A DNA stretch of 35,895 nucleotides from an uncultured Clostridia bacterium. Its GTDB lineage: Bacteria > Bacillota > Clostridia > Christensenellales > UBA1750. The notes below the pieces were generated by a model. The model worked only from the letters and a program-made list of their open reading frames with translations, was not told the origin of the DNA and made no database searches. How positions within the stretch are numbered: the first letter of the stretch is position 1; each line of letters begins with the position of its first letter. The position numbers and the translations under genes were made by a program. The stretch covers positions 1 through 35,895 of the forward strand of contig CALWKN010000188.1 of NCBI GenBank assembly GCA_944381265.1, written 5' to 3'. Of this stretch, positions 9,532 through 18,357 are shown piece after piece.

Positions 9532-12018
9532 TTACGGCACGAAGCTGTCCTGCGCCGGGACCTCGTCGATGTTGGGGTTTTCGCGCTGCTCCATGTAGTG
9601 GGCGATGACGTCCTTGGAGGTAAGGGAGGCCACCGCGCCCTTGTAGCCGTTGGCGATGAAGACCACGACCGCGATCTCCGGCTCGTCAAAGGGGGCGAAG
9701 GCGACGAACCAGGCGTTGTCCTCGATGTCGATGAGGTTGACCTGGGCGGTGCCGGTCTTGGCGCCGATCTGGTCGGTGTAGGGGTAGTCGACGAAGTACT
9801 CCCGCGCGGTACCGCCGTCCTCGGCGGAGATAACGCCGTGCATGCCCTGGCGGATGGCCTCCAGGTACGCCGGGTTTACGTCCAGATGGGAGACGACGTT
9901 GGGCGCCTTGTCGGTGACCACCGCGCCGTCGGCGGAGAGGACCTTGTCCACCAGCTGCACCTCCATGACGTCGCCGCCGTTGGCGATGGCGGCGATGTAG
10001 CGCGCCACGCCCACGGGCGTGACCTCGGTGATGGACTGGCCGATGCCAGTCATGATGGTCTCGGTCGGGGTCCAGCGCACCTCGCGCAGGTAGGAGTTCA
10101 AGGTGTTGAGCAGATAGCGGCTGGAGATCTCCTCGCTGGACAGGCCCAGCTCGTCCATCAGCACGTCGCGGATCTGCGGGATCATCTCGGCGCTGTCGTA
10201 GGTCAGCACCAGGTCCATCAGCTCCTGCGTCACGCGCTCCAGGCGCTCCTCCTCGAAGTTGCGCCCCAGGGCCTCGCCCGTGTCGCGCAGCGTGCGCAGG
10301 ATCGTGCGGGCCACGTAGTTGGTCTTGGAGGAGCGCTGCTCGGTGATGCCAAGGTTCGGGTCGTAGAGCACGGTCTGGTTGCCGACCACGCCCGTGGTCT
10401 CCCCGGCAAGCTCTATGCCGGTCTTGGAGGTGAGCCCCAGGAGCGAGGCCCACTTGTTGAGGTTGTCGATGCCCAGGCGGTCGGCCACGGTGTAAAAGTA
10501 GTAGTTGCAGGAGTTGGTCAGCGCCAGCGTCACATTCTGGTTCTGGTGGTTCTGCGGGTAGCGCGTCCAGCAGCCGGGGGCGTAGGCGGTCTGGTCGTAC
10601 TTGGTGAAGTCGCCAAGGTCGTCGATCTCCTCCGTGAGCGTCACCGCGCCCTCCTCCAGGCCCGCCAGCGCCGTGACCATCTTGAAGATGGAGCCGGGCG
10701 TGGCCTTGGAGGAGATGGCCCGGTTGAACAAGGGCGAGGTGTCGATGTTGTACTTCTCGTTGTACTCCTGCGTGGTCATGCCCTCGATGAAGTCGTTGGG
10801 GTCAAAGCCGGGGTAGCTGGCCATGGCAAGCACTTCGCCGGTGTCCACGTCCAGCACGACGGCCGCGCCCGTCTCCGCCAGGCGCAGCGGCTCGCCGTCG
10901 CGGTTCTCGATCTGCTCCTGGTAGTTTTCCAGCTCCCGCTCCGAGGAGGCGGCGAGCTCCTGCATCTGGATCTTCTGCGCCTCTTCGATGTTGTAGCGCA
11001 GCGACTCCTCCAGGATCTGCTGCATCTCGATGTCGATCGTCAGCTGCACGCTGTTGCCGTTTACGGGGGCGGAGTAGCTGAGCTCGCGCATTACGGCGCC
11101 GTTTGCGTCCACCTCCACCTCGCGGCTGCCCTGGCGGTAGGCGACGTTGGAGGAAAGCTGCTCCTCCATGGAGGCCTCGATGCCGGAGACGCCGACGCGG
11201 TCGTCTGCGGCGTAGCCCAGGGCGGAATACTGCTCGATGTTCTCCTCCGTGATGGAGCCCATGTAGCCGAGTATGTGCGAGGCCAGCTCGCCGCGCGGGT
11301 AGACGCGCTTTGTGGTCTGCTCGATGGCGGCGCCGGTGAGCTCGATGCTGGCGGCCTCGATCTGCGCCACGGTCTCCATGTCCACGTCATAGGCGATCGT
11401 CACGGGCTTGGAGAGGTAGGCGTACATCTGCAGCTCCTGCCAGATGGACAGGAGCTTGTACTGCGTGTCAAAGTCCAGGTCCTCGATGCCGTAGCGGGCG
11501 CAGAGTGTGGAGAAGATCTCGTCCTCGGGCACATTTGTGACGTAGAGGTTGCTGCGCCAGGTCGTCTCGCGCTTGAGGAACGTCTCCTCGTTCTCGGTCA
11601 GAAAGTCGAGGTAGAAGCTGCCGTCCTCGTCCTTGTGCAGATAGAAGTTCTGCACCGTCTCGCCGCCGTTTCCCTCCACGATCTGAAGCACCCGCAGCAG
11701 GATCTGCGTGTAGTTCTTCAGGTCCTCCGAGGAGCTGCGCGAGGGGTCGCGGTAGAAGGTGACGTTGTAGCTCACCTCGTCGTAGGCCAGCGGTATGCCG
11801 TTGCGGTCCAATATCATGCCGCGCTCGCCGGTGAGGGAATAGGTCTTCATCGTGCGGCTCTCGGCGGTGTCGGCGTAGGCCGCGCCGTCGCGCAGCTGCA
11901 GGTTTGCCAGCTGCACAAGGAGCGTGGCGAACAGCACCGCCGCAAGGCCGATGGCCACCGCGTAGCGCGCGCCCAGGCCCTTGCCGCCCGGGTCGCGCCG
12001 GGAAAAGAATCGATTCAT
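9532..12018 (-). CDS. mrdA: penicillin-binding protein 2 (class B transpeptidase, elongasome)
   Basis: SxxK (GSIFK), SxN (SCN) and KTG (GAKTGTA) motifs. N-terminal membrane anchor. Last gene of the mreBCD cluster. 828 aa, with extra segments. Confidence 0.93.
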   Translation of the reverse strand: MNRFFSRRDPGGKGLGARYAVAIGLAAVLFATLLVQLANLQLRDGAAYADTAESRTMKTYSLTGERGMILDRNGIPLAYDEVSYNVTFYRDPSRSSSEDLKNYTQILLRVLQIVEGNGGETVQNFYLHKDEDGSFYLDFLTENEETFLKRETTWRSNLYVTNVPEDEIFSTLCARYGIEDLDFDTQYKLLSIWQELQMYAYLSKPVTIAYDVDMETVAQIEAASIELTGAAIEQTTKRVYPRGELASHILGYMGSITEENIEQYSALGYAADDRVGVSGIEASMEEQLSSNVAYRQGSREVEVDANGAVMRELSYSAPVNGNSVQLTIDIEMQQILEESLRYNIEEAQKIQMQELAASSERELENYQEQIENRDGEPLRLAETGAAVVLDVDTGEVLAMASYPGFDPNDFIEGMTTQEYNEKYNIDTSPLFNRAISSKATPGSIFKMVTALAGLEEGAVTLTEEIDDLGDFTKYDQTAYAPGCWTRYPQNHQNQNVTLALTNSCNYYFYTVADRLGIDNLNKWASLLGLTSKTGIELAGETTGVVGNQTVLYDPNLGITEQRSSKTNYVARTILRTLRDTGEALGRNFEEERLERVTQELMDLVLTYDSAEMIPQIRDVLMDELGLSSEEISSRYLLNTLNSYLREVRWTPTETIMTGIGQSITEVTPVGVARYIAAIANGGDVMEVQLVDKVLSADGAVVTDKAPNVVSHLDVNPAYLEAIRQGMHGVISAEDGGTAREYFVDYPYTDQIGAKTGTAQVNLIDIEDNAWFVAFAPFDEPEIAVVVFIANGYKGAVASLTSKDVIAHYMEQRENPNIDEVPAQDSFVP

Positions 12019-12046
12019 GCCCTATGCCCTTTCTCCCTTTGCGGGG

Positions 12047-12562
12047 TCACCATTTTCTGCCGTGGAACGGAAACAGGGACGCGCGCACGACGTCCCAGCG
12101 GTGCAGCCGGCGCAGCAGCAGGTGCACCGGCACAAAGAGCGCGGCGTCCAGCGCGGCGCACAGCAGCACGCGCAGCAGCGCGTAGCCCCAGGAGACCGTG
12201 GCCCTGGCAAAATAGAGATAGACCGCCGGCACGATCTCCCGCGCCGCGCAGGCGCCGAGCGTCAGCAGCGCCGGCAGCACGATGGCGTCCAGCCGGAAGC
12301 GCTCGTTGACGAGCCCGACGAACATCCCCAGCGCCATGTACTGCAGCGCGTACAGCCCGATGTGCCCAAACGTGCAGTCCAGGATCAGCCCGGCGGCAAA
12401 GCCGCCCACCGCGCCGTAGAGCCAGCCCTGGTTGATGGCGATGCTGGCCAGCAGCACGGCCAGCAGGTCCACGCCCACGCCCCGGTAGGTAAAGTGCGCC
12501 GCCAGCGCGGACTGATACAGCAGCGCCGGCAGCAGCAGCAGGATATCCAGTATGACGCGCAT
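12047..12562 (-). CDS. mreD: rod shape-determining protein MreD
   Basis: 171-aa polytopic membrane protein immediately after mreC. Confidence 0.85.
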   Translation of the reverse strand: MRVILDILLLLPALLYQSALAAHFTYRGVGVDLLAVLLASIAINQGWLYGAVGGFAAGLILDCTFGHIGLYALQYMALGMFVGLVNERFRLDAIVLPALLTLGACAAREIVPAVYLYFARATVSWGYALLRVLLCAALDAALFVPVHLLLRRLHRWDVVRASLFPFHGRKW

Positions 12563-12566
12563 GATC

Positions 12567-13424
12567 TCACTCCTCCGCCGCCTGTCCGCCGGTCATGATC
12601 AGCACCTCTTCTATGTGGGCAAAGTCCACGGCGGGGCTGAGCACCACATAGCGGCCGTCGCCGCTGCTCTCGCGGGAGATGGAGCGCACCGTGCCGATGA
12701 ACAGGCCCTTGGGGTAGACGCCGTCCAGGCCGGAGGTGATCACGCGGTCGCCGGTGTTGAGCTCGCTGCCCTCGGGCAGGTAGTTCATGCGCAGCATCTC
12801 GTCGTTCTCATAGACGTAGAGCGAGCCGTGGCAGATGCCGTTGTCGCGCGTGCGCTCCACGAGCCCGGCGACGGCCGAGCGCGAGTCGATGAGCGTAAGG
12901 ACCACGCTCGTGGAGTCCGTCACCTCCATCACGCGGCCGATCAGGCCCTCGTCGCTGAGCACCGGGTCGTCCTTTTCCACGCCGTCGCGCGCGCCCTTGT
13001 TGACGGTGAAGACCGAGAACCAGCCGCCCGCCTCCTTGGCAACGACGCTGGCGGCGACGTACTCCGTCTCGGGGTTGACCTCCGTCACGCCCAGCAGCCC
13101 GAGCAAGCGCTCGTTTTCGCGCTCCAGCTCTTCCATGCTGGACATCTCCGCCTGCAGGCGGCGGTTCTCCTCGGTAAGGCGCGCGATCTCCTCGTTGAGC
13201 TGGGCGATCGTGGCGCGCTCCTCCAGGCCGCTGCGCACGGCGTTGTAGGCGTTTGTGACAAAGCCCTGCACGGGCGTCACCACAAAACTCACCGCCGACT
13301 CCAGAAACGGGATCTTAAAGATCCCCGTCACCGACAGCCCGAAGAGCGCCGTCAGCAGGCAGAGCACCGCCCCGCAGACGATCAGGGCGATCTTGTGCCC
13401 GCCCGCTCCCGCCTTCCATCGCAT
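12567..13424 (-). CDS. mreC: rod shape-determining protein MreC
   Basis: N-terminal anchor, a coiled coil (LNEEIARLTEENRRLQAEMSSMEELERENERL) and beta-rich C-terminal domains. Lies between mreB and mreD. Confidence 0.92.
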   Translation of the reverse strand: MRWKAGAGGHKIALIVCGAVLCLLTALFGLSVTGIFKIPFLESAVSFVVTPVQGFVTNAYNAVRSGLEERATIAQLNEEIARLTEENRRLQAEMSSMEELERENERLLGLLGVTEVNPETEYVAASVVAKEAGGWFSVFTVNKGARDGVEKDDPVLSDEGLIGRVMEVTDSTSVVLTLIDSRSAVAGLVERTRDNGICHGSLYVYENDEMLRMNYLPEGSELNTGDRVITSGLDGVYPKGLFIGTVRSISRESSGDGRYVVLSPAVDFAHIEEVLIMTGGQAAEE

Positions 13425-13448
13425 ATCGACTCCATTCCTTCCCTTGTT

Positions 13449-14486
13449 TTAGCCCTCTTCCGCAACGCGGGTGATGTGCTTGAGCCGCTCCAGATCGCCG
13501 GAGAGTATCCCGGCGCCTATGGCGACGCAGTCCATCGGGTTGTCCGCCAGCACCACCGGCATGCCCGTCTGCTGCGAGATCAGCAGGTCCAGCCCGGACA
13601 GCTGCGCCCCGCCGCCGGTGAGGTAGATGCCCCGCTCCATGATGTCGCTGGCAAGCTCCGGCGGCGTGTTTTCAAGGCACGTCATCAAATTCTGCAATAT
13701 CGTCTGCAGCGGCTCTTTGAGCGCCTCTGTGATCTCGTCGTTGCTGATCTCGATCATGTGCGGCAGGCCCGTGATCAGGTCGCGCCCGCGCACCATCACC
13801 GTCTCCCGGCGCTTGAGCGGTATGGCGGAGCCTATGCCGATCTTGACCTCCTCCGCCGTGCGCTCGCCGATGAGCAGGTTGTACTCGCTCTTGATGTAGT
13901 TGAGGATCGCCTCGTCCATCTTCTGCCCGGCGGTGCGCACCGAGCAGGAGGTGACCACACCGTTCATCGACAGCACCGCCATTTCCGAGGTGCCGCCGCC
14001 TATGTCCACCACCATGGAGCCGCTGGCCTCCTCCACCGGCAGCCCTGCGCCGATGGCCGCGGCCATGGGCTCGTCCACTAGGTAGACCTGGCGCGCCCCG
14101 GCGCCGCGCACCACCTGCTCCACCGCCTGCCGCTCCACGGGCGTGATGCCGCAGGGCACGCACACCACCACGCGCGGGCGCACGATGGGCACGGAGAAGT
14201 CGTTCGCCTTGTGGATCAGGTACTTGATCATCACCTGCGTGGAGTCCAGGTCCGCGATCACGCCCTCTGTCACCGGGTGGATGGCGGTGATGTTGGCGGG
14301 CGTGCGGCCCATCATCTTCTTGGCCTCCTCGCCCACGGCCAGCACCTGCCGCCGCGCGTCGGAGCGCACGGCCACCATCGTCGGCTCGCGCAGCACAATG
14401 CCCTTGCCGTCCACATAGACCACAATGTTGGCCGTGCCCAGGTCAAAGCCCATTGGTCGGCTCATGAATTTAACGCCTAAAGCCAT
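13449..14486 (-). CDS. mreB: rod shape-determining actin homologue MreB
   Basis: GFDLGTANIVVY, DIGGGTSE and ADNPMDCVAIGAG actin-fold motifs. Confidence 0.97.
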   Translation of the reverse strand: MALGVKFMSRPMGFDLGTANIVVYVDGKGIVLREPTMVAVRSDARRQVLAVGEEAKKMMGRTPANITAIHPVTEGVIADLDSTQVMIKYLIHKANDFSVPIVRPRVVVCVPCGITPVERQAVEQVVRGAGARQVYLVDEPMAAAIGAGLPVEEASGSMVVDIGGGTSEMAVLSMNGVVTSCSVRTAGQKMDEAILNYIKSEYNLLIGERTAEEVKIGIGSAIPLKRRETVMVRGRDLITGLPHMIEISNDEITEALKEPLQTILQNLMTCLENTPPELASDIMERGIYLTGGGAQLSGLDLLISQQTGMPVVLADNPMDCVAIGAGILSGDLERLKHITRVAEEG

Positions 14487-14513
14487 GTTCGGGTTTCTCC
14501 CCTCCGAAAAAAT

Positions 14514-15080
14514 TCACCGTTCTTTTCCAATGCCCGCGCTCTGCATGAGGCGCCGCAGGCCGCACAGCGACAGGCCCACCGTGGCGTAATAATCCCCCTC
14601 GATGCGGCGCACGAACTGCCCGCCAAGGCCCTGTATGCCGTAGCCCCCGGCCTTGTCCAGGGGCTCTCCCGTGCGCGCGTAGGCGGCGATCTCCTCTTCC
14701 GTCATCTCGTCAAAGAACACCTTCGCCCCGTCCACGCGGGTAAACACCGTCTCCCCGCGCAGAAGGCACAGGCCGGTGAGCACCTCGTGCGCCCGCCCGG
14801 AGAGGCGGCGCAGCATCTCCCGGGCGCGCTCTTCCGTCCCCGGCTTTCCCAGGGGCTCGCCGTCCAGGAACACCAGCGTGTCCGCCGCCAGCACCCAGAT
14901 GCCGGGGTGCGCCTTTGCCGCCGCGGCGGCCTTGCGCTGCGCAAGCTCGCGCACGCAGTCCTCCGGCGCGCCGCTCACGCGCTCGTCCACGTCCATCGGA
15001 CAGGGGAAAAAGGGCACGCCCAGGCGCCGCAGCAGCTCCGCCCGCCGGGGCGAGGCGGAGGCCAGCAGTATCTCTTCCAT
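14514..15080 (-). CDS. maf: Maf-like nucleoside triphosphate pyrophosphatase
   Basis: LASASPRRAELLRRLGVPF N-terminus and GAYGIQG-like GGYGIQGLG motif. Canonical position upstream of mreB. Confidence 0.93.
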   Translation of the reverse strand: MEEILLASASPRRAELLRRLGVPFFPCPMDVDERVSGAPEDCVRELAQRKAAAAAKAHPGIWVLAADTLVFLDGEPLGKPGTEERAREMLRRLSGRAHEVLTGLCLLRGETVFTRVDGAKVFFDEMTEEEIAAYARTGEPLDKAGGYGIQGLGGQFVRRIEGDYYATVGLSLCGLRRLMQSAGIGKER

Positions 15081-15083
15081 CGC

Positions 15084-15338
15084 TTACATCCTTCTGTAGA
15101 TGAGAAAGGCGATCACCATGCCCAGCATCGAGCCGATGTTGACCCGCAGAACCAGGCCCGCGGTGAACGTCACAACGCCAAGGTCCAGCGTCAGCGGCGC
15201 GCCGGTCGTGCCCACCGTCAGGGACTTGGCGAAGATCTCCGGCAGGTAGGGCGTCACCAGCGACCAGATCAGGCTGCCGATGATGGCGCCCACCAGGATC
15301 ATCAGCACGAGCATCCAGGGCTCCGTCTTTGCGCGCAA
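15084..15338 (-). CDS. DUF4321 small membrane protein
   Basis: 84 aa, two hydrophobic segments. This type of gene is commonly found next to maf in Firmicutes. Confidence 0.7.
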   Translation of the reverse strand: MRAKTEPWMLVLMILVGAIIGSLIWSLVTPYLPEIFAKSLTVGTTGAPLTLDLGVVTFTAGLVLRVNIGSMLGMVIAFLIYRRM

Positions 15339-15341
15339 AGG

Positions 15342-17258
15342 CTATTCCTCCTCTTCCTCGGGCGTTTCCTGCGCCCCGTCCTCCACGGGCGTCGGGTCGT
15401 CGGGCAGGCCCTCCTCGCCCGTCGTGCGCGGCGTCACGCCCTGGTAGATCTCGCCCTGCACTTCCTTGTAGTAGTCGTCACGCAAAAGCTCGCGGGAGAC
15501 CTCCTCGCCGTCCTGCTTCACCACGCGGTAGGAGCGCACCTTGATGCCCTCGCGGGAGCGCTTCTTGACCTTGGTCTCGTCCGTGTAGGTCACGTGCTCG
15601 CCCTCGGTGTCCAGTATGATCTTGTCCTCCTCCGGCTCTATCGTCTCGTAGACGTCGGTCACGATCTCGATCTCCGTGCCCTCGGGCAGCGGGTAGCCGT
15701 AGATGGACACCGCCACGGTGTTGCCGGAGACGCGCCCCTCGATGAAGATCGGGTAGTCGGTGTTGTTCTTAAAGATCAGGTCCTTGTAGTCGTAGGCCAC
15801 CGCCGCGTCCGTGCCCACGTCCACGTAGGAGACCGGTATGCTGTGCTTGTTGGAGCGCACGATCTCCAGGTTCGCCTTGACCACCGCCTGGTAGAGCGTG
15901 GTGGACACCTGGCACACGCCGCCGCCCGGGCCGTCGACGATCTCGTCGTCCTCGATGACGCCGGCGTTCTGGTAGCCCTGCTCCAGGCCGCGCGGACCGG
16001 TGGTCTGGTTGAAGCTGACCTCCTGCCCCGGCTGCAGCACCATGCCGTTGAAGTAGGACAAAGCCGTCTTCACGTTGTGGATGCGCGCGTCGGACGAGGA
16101 GCCAAGGTCGGTCGAGGCGCGCGAGATGCGCGTCGTCGCCTGCTCCAGGTCCGCGGCGTAGACCGTGGGCGCGACGATGTCCGGCTTGACCTCGATGACG
16201 GTGGTAAAGCCGTTGTCCAGCTGCGTCTTGACCTGACCGACCAGGATCGAGACGTCCACATTGCGGCCGCTGCTCTCCGGGGTGATGGTGAACTTCTCCT
16301 CCGCCGAGGGGTCAAAGGAGATGGAGGCATCCACCGCCGGCAGGTCTATCGCTTCCTTGACCTCGCCGAGCTTCTCCCGCAGCGCCGTCTCGTCGTAGGA
16401 CAGAGCGGTGGACAGGTTCTGCCCCTCCTGCTTCAGGCGCCGGATCTCCCCCTGGCGGGAAAAGATGTTCCCCTCCCGCCCGAGGTTCCAGGCCGCCTCC
16501 AGCTTTTCGTCTATGTCCAGCTCCACGCCCATCTGCTCCGGGGCGATCGACCACTCCCTGTCGTTGTAGGCAAGGCGCACGGTCATGGCCGCCAGGCGGT
16601 CGGCGTTGAGCGCCACGAGCTTCTCCCGCGCCTCCTCCATCGTGTAGCCGTTCAGCTTCAGCCCGTCCACCGACACGCCCGGGTAGAACGTGTCCGCGCC
16701 GCTGTTCAAGTCCAGCACAAGGCGCACGGCGAACACCCCCAGCACCACCAGCGCCAGCGCCGCCAGCAGCGCGATGCGCTTCACGCGCCGCCTGCGCCGC
16801 CGCGCCGCCTGCTTGGCCTGGAAGGCGTACTCCTCACGCGGGCCAGGCTCTGGTCTGGGGCCCGCATCGGGCCGGGGGCCAGGCTCTGGTCTGGAGCCCG
16901 CATCGGGCCGGGGGCCAGACTCTGGTCGGGGGCCGGACTCCGGCCGGGGGGCGTTCGGACCCGCGTATACCCGCCGGTTCTCCCCGTACGCCGCCCGCCG
17001 CGCCTGCTCCCCCCGCGGCCGCCGCTCCACCACCGGCCGGTCCTCTTCCCGCACCCGCCGCGCAGGAGTCCGGCTCGCTACCGGAGACCGACCCTCGGTC
17101 GGGGTCCGGCTCCCAACCGGGGACCGACCCTCAACCGGACGCCGACCTTCGGCGGGGGACCGACCTTCGGCGGAGACGCGGCGCTCTCCCAGGGGCTGAT
17201 CGCGCAGACGCCCGGGAGCGGGCTTTTCCGCGCCGCCGTTCTGCTTATTTTCCGTCAT
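15342..17258 (-). CDS. VanW-family envelope protein with C-terminal G5 domain and a repeat-rich basic N-terminal tail
   Basis: A single TM (IALLAALALVVLGVFAV), then PG_binding_4/VanW-like core and G5-like tail. The ATG at 17258 has a GGAGAAG RBS (the track starts at TTG 17285). Confidence 0.85.
   Translation of the reverse strand: MTENKQNGGAEKPAPGRLRDQPLGERRVSAEGRSPAEGRRPVEGRSPVGSRTPTEGRSPVASRTPARRVREEDRPVVERRPRGEQARRAAYGENRRVYAGPNAPRPESGPRPESGPRPDAGSRPEPGPRPDAGPRPEPGPREEYAFQAKQAARRRRRRVKRIALLAALALVVLGVFAVRLVLDLNSGADTFYPGVSVDGLKLNGYTMEEAREKLVALNADRLAAMTVRLAYNDREWSIAPEQMGVELDIDEKLEAAWNLGREGNIFSRQGEIRRLKQEGQNLSTALSYDETALREKLGEVKEAIDLPAVDASISFDPSAEEKFTITPESSGRNVDVSILVGQVKTQLDNGFTTVIEVKPDIVAPTVYAADLEQATTRISRASTDLGSSSDARIHNVKTALSYFNGMVLQPGQEVSFNQTTGPRGLEQGYQNAGVIEDDEIVDGPGGGVCQVSTTLYQAVVKANLEIVRSNKHSIPVSYVDVGTDAAVAYDYKDLIFKNNTDYPIFIEGRVSGNTVAVSIYGYPLPEGTEIEIVTDVYETIEPEEDKIILDTEGEHVTYTDETKVKKRSREGIKVRSYRVVKQDGEEVSRELLRDDYYKEVQGEIYQGVTPRTTGEEGLPDDPTPVEDGAQETPEEEEE
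16840..16950 (-). repeat. in-frame 18-nt tandem repeats encoding (GPRPEx)n
   Basis: Peptide PRPESGPRPESGPRPDAGSRPEPGPRPDAGPRPEPGPR. A near-perfect 36-nt duplication is visible in the DNA. Confidence 0.85.
17060..17180 (-). repeat. in-frame 18-nt tandem repeats encoding (EGRSPx)n
   Basis: Peptide AEGRSPAEGRRPVEGRSPVGSRTPTEGRSPVASRTP. Confidence 0.8.
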
Positions 17259-17303
17259 AGGTACTTCTCCATCTCCTCCCGGCAAAATGCGCCGGCGCTT
17301 CGT

Positions 17304-18191
17304 TTAGTCAAAGTATATCGTCCGATCCAGCGCCAGGCAGCCCTCGGTGCGCATGAAGTTCATCGCGCGCGTCAGGCGGTCGAGCGTGTTTTCGCGGTCG
17401 CGCCAGCGGGACAGGCCCTGGCCCATCCGCACGCCGGGGCGGTTGGCGCCGTGGAAATCGCTGCCGCCGGTGGGGAGGAAGAGCATGGCGTCGGCGACCT
17501 GGCGCAGCCACTGCGCCTGCTCGGGGCTGCAGCCGCTGTGATAGCACTCCAGTCCGACCAGGCCGTTGCTCTTCATGCGCTTGAGCCAGCGCACCAGGCC
17601 ATCCTCGTCGCGGTCCAGCTGATAGGGATGGGCCAGCACCGGCACGCCGCCGCACTTGCGTATCGAGCGCAGGACGCTCGCGGTCCAAAGCCGCGGCGCG
17701 TCCACATAGGCCGCGCCCATGGGGCCGAGGTAGCGCCGGAAGGCGAGGTCTATGCTGGGCACAAAGCCCTTGTCCACCATCACCCGGGCGATGTGCATGC
17801 GGCTGACGGGCGCGCCGTTTGCCTCTGCCAGCACTTCCTCCGGCGTGATCTCCGTGTTGTAGGCGCGCAGTATGGCGACGATCTTCTCCATGCGGAGCAG
17901 CCGCGTTTTGCGCATGTCCTCCAGCAGCTTCTTGAGCAGGGGGTTGCTGGGATCCACGCCGTAGGCGAGTATGTGCGCCTCACACAGAACGCCGGACGTG
18001 ATCTCTATCCCCGGGATCACCCTCACGCCCAGCTCCCGCCCGGCCTGCAGGGCCTCCTCCAGGCCGTCCGTGGTGTCGTGATCGGTGATGGCAATGACCT
18101 CAAAACCCTTGGCCTTTGCCTGGCGCACCGCCTCCGTCGGGGTGAGCGTCCCATCCGAGGCCGTGGTGTGTATGTGCAGATCCACCAACAT
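17304..18191 (-). CDS. PHP-domain metal-dependent phosphoesterase (TrpH/YciV-like)
   Basis: MLVDLHIHTTASDGTLTP, AITDHD and GGSDFHG motifs. Confidence 0.9.
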   Translation of the reverse strand: MLVDLHIHTTASDGTLTPTEAVRQAKAKGFEVIAITDHDTTDGLEEALQAGRELGVRVIPGIEITSGVLCEAHILAYGVDPSNPLLKKLLEDMRKTRLLRMEKIVAILRAYNTEITPEEVLAEANGAPVSRMHIARVMVDKGFVPSIDLAFRRYLGPMGAAYVDAPRLWTASVLRSIRKCGGVPVLAHPYQLDRDEDGLVRWLKRMKSNGLVGLECYHSGCSPEQAQWLRQVADAMLFLPTGGSDFHGANRPGVRMGQGLSRWRDRENTLDRLTRAMNFMRTEGCLALDRTIYFD

Positions 18192-18357
18192 CGTACAAAA
18201 CCCCCTCTTCGCTATTAACCACTAGGTATTTGCCGCGCCCTCCCCTTTTTCCTGCAAAAAGGGCAAAGTTTAACGGAGCGTTCGTTTTCTCGCCAAAATA
18301 CCGCCGATACGAAGGAGGGACCTGCCGCCGCCGCGGCAGGTCCCCGAAGCGCCTGCG

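Noticed and set aside
14787-18218. A 1143-aa plus-strand ORF, with similar giants at 526..1929, 3315..5840, 9598..12309, 12552..14081, 18406..20358, 26132..27970, 28024..30036, 30301..32022, 32545..34677 and 34341..35738.
   Set aside because: All run antisense to, or out of frame with, genes that have clear conserved motifs (valS, PBP2, ftsH, mreB, phoR and others). Their translations are Arg/Ala/Gly/His/Pro low-complexity strings, typical of stop-codon-poor shadow frames in high-GC DNA. None has a plausible RBS.
18317-18344. An 11-bp perfect hairpin (gggacctgccg / cggcaggtccc) right after the ftsH stop, as a possible terminator.
   Set aside because: No U-run follows on the minus strand, so it is not a canonical intrinsic terminator. 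It may be a stabiliser or a Rho-related site, and I left it unannotated.
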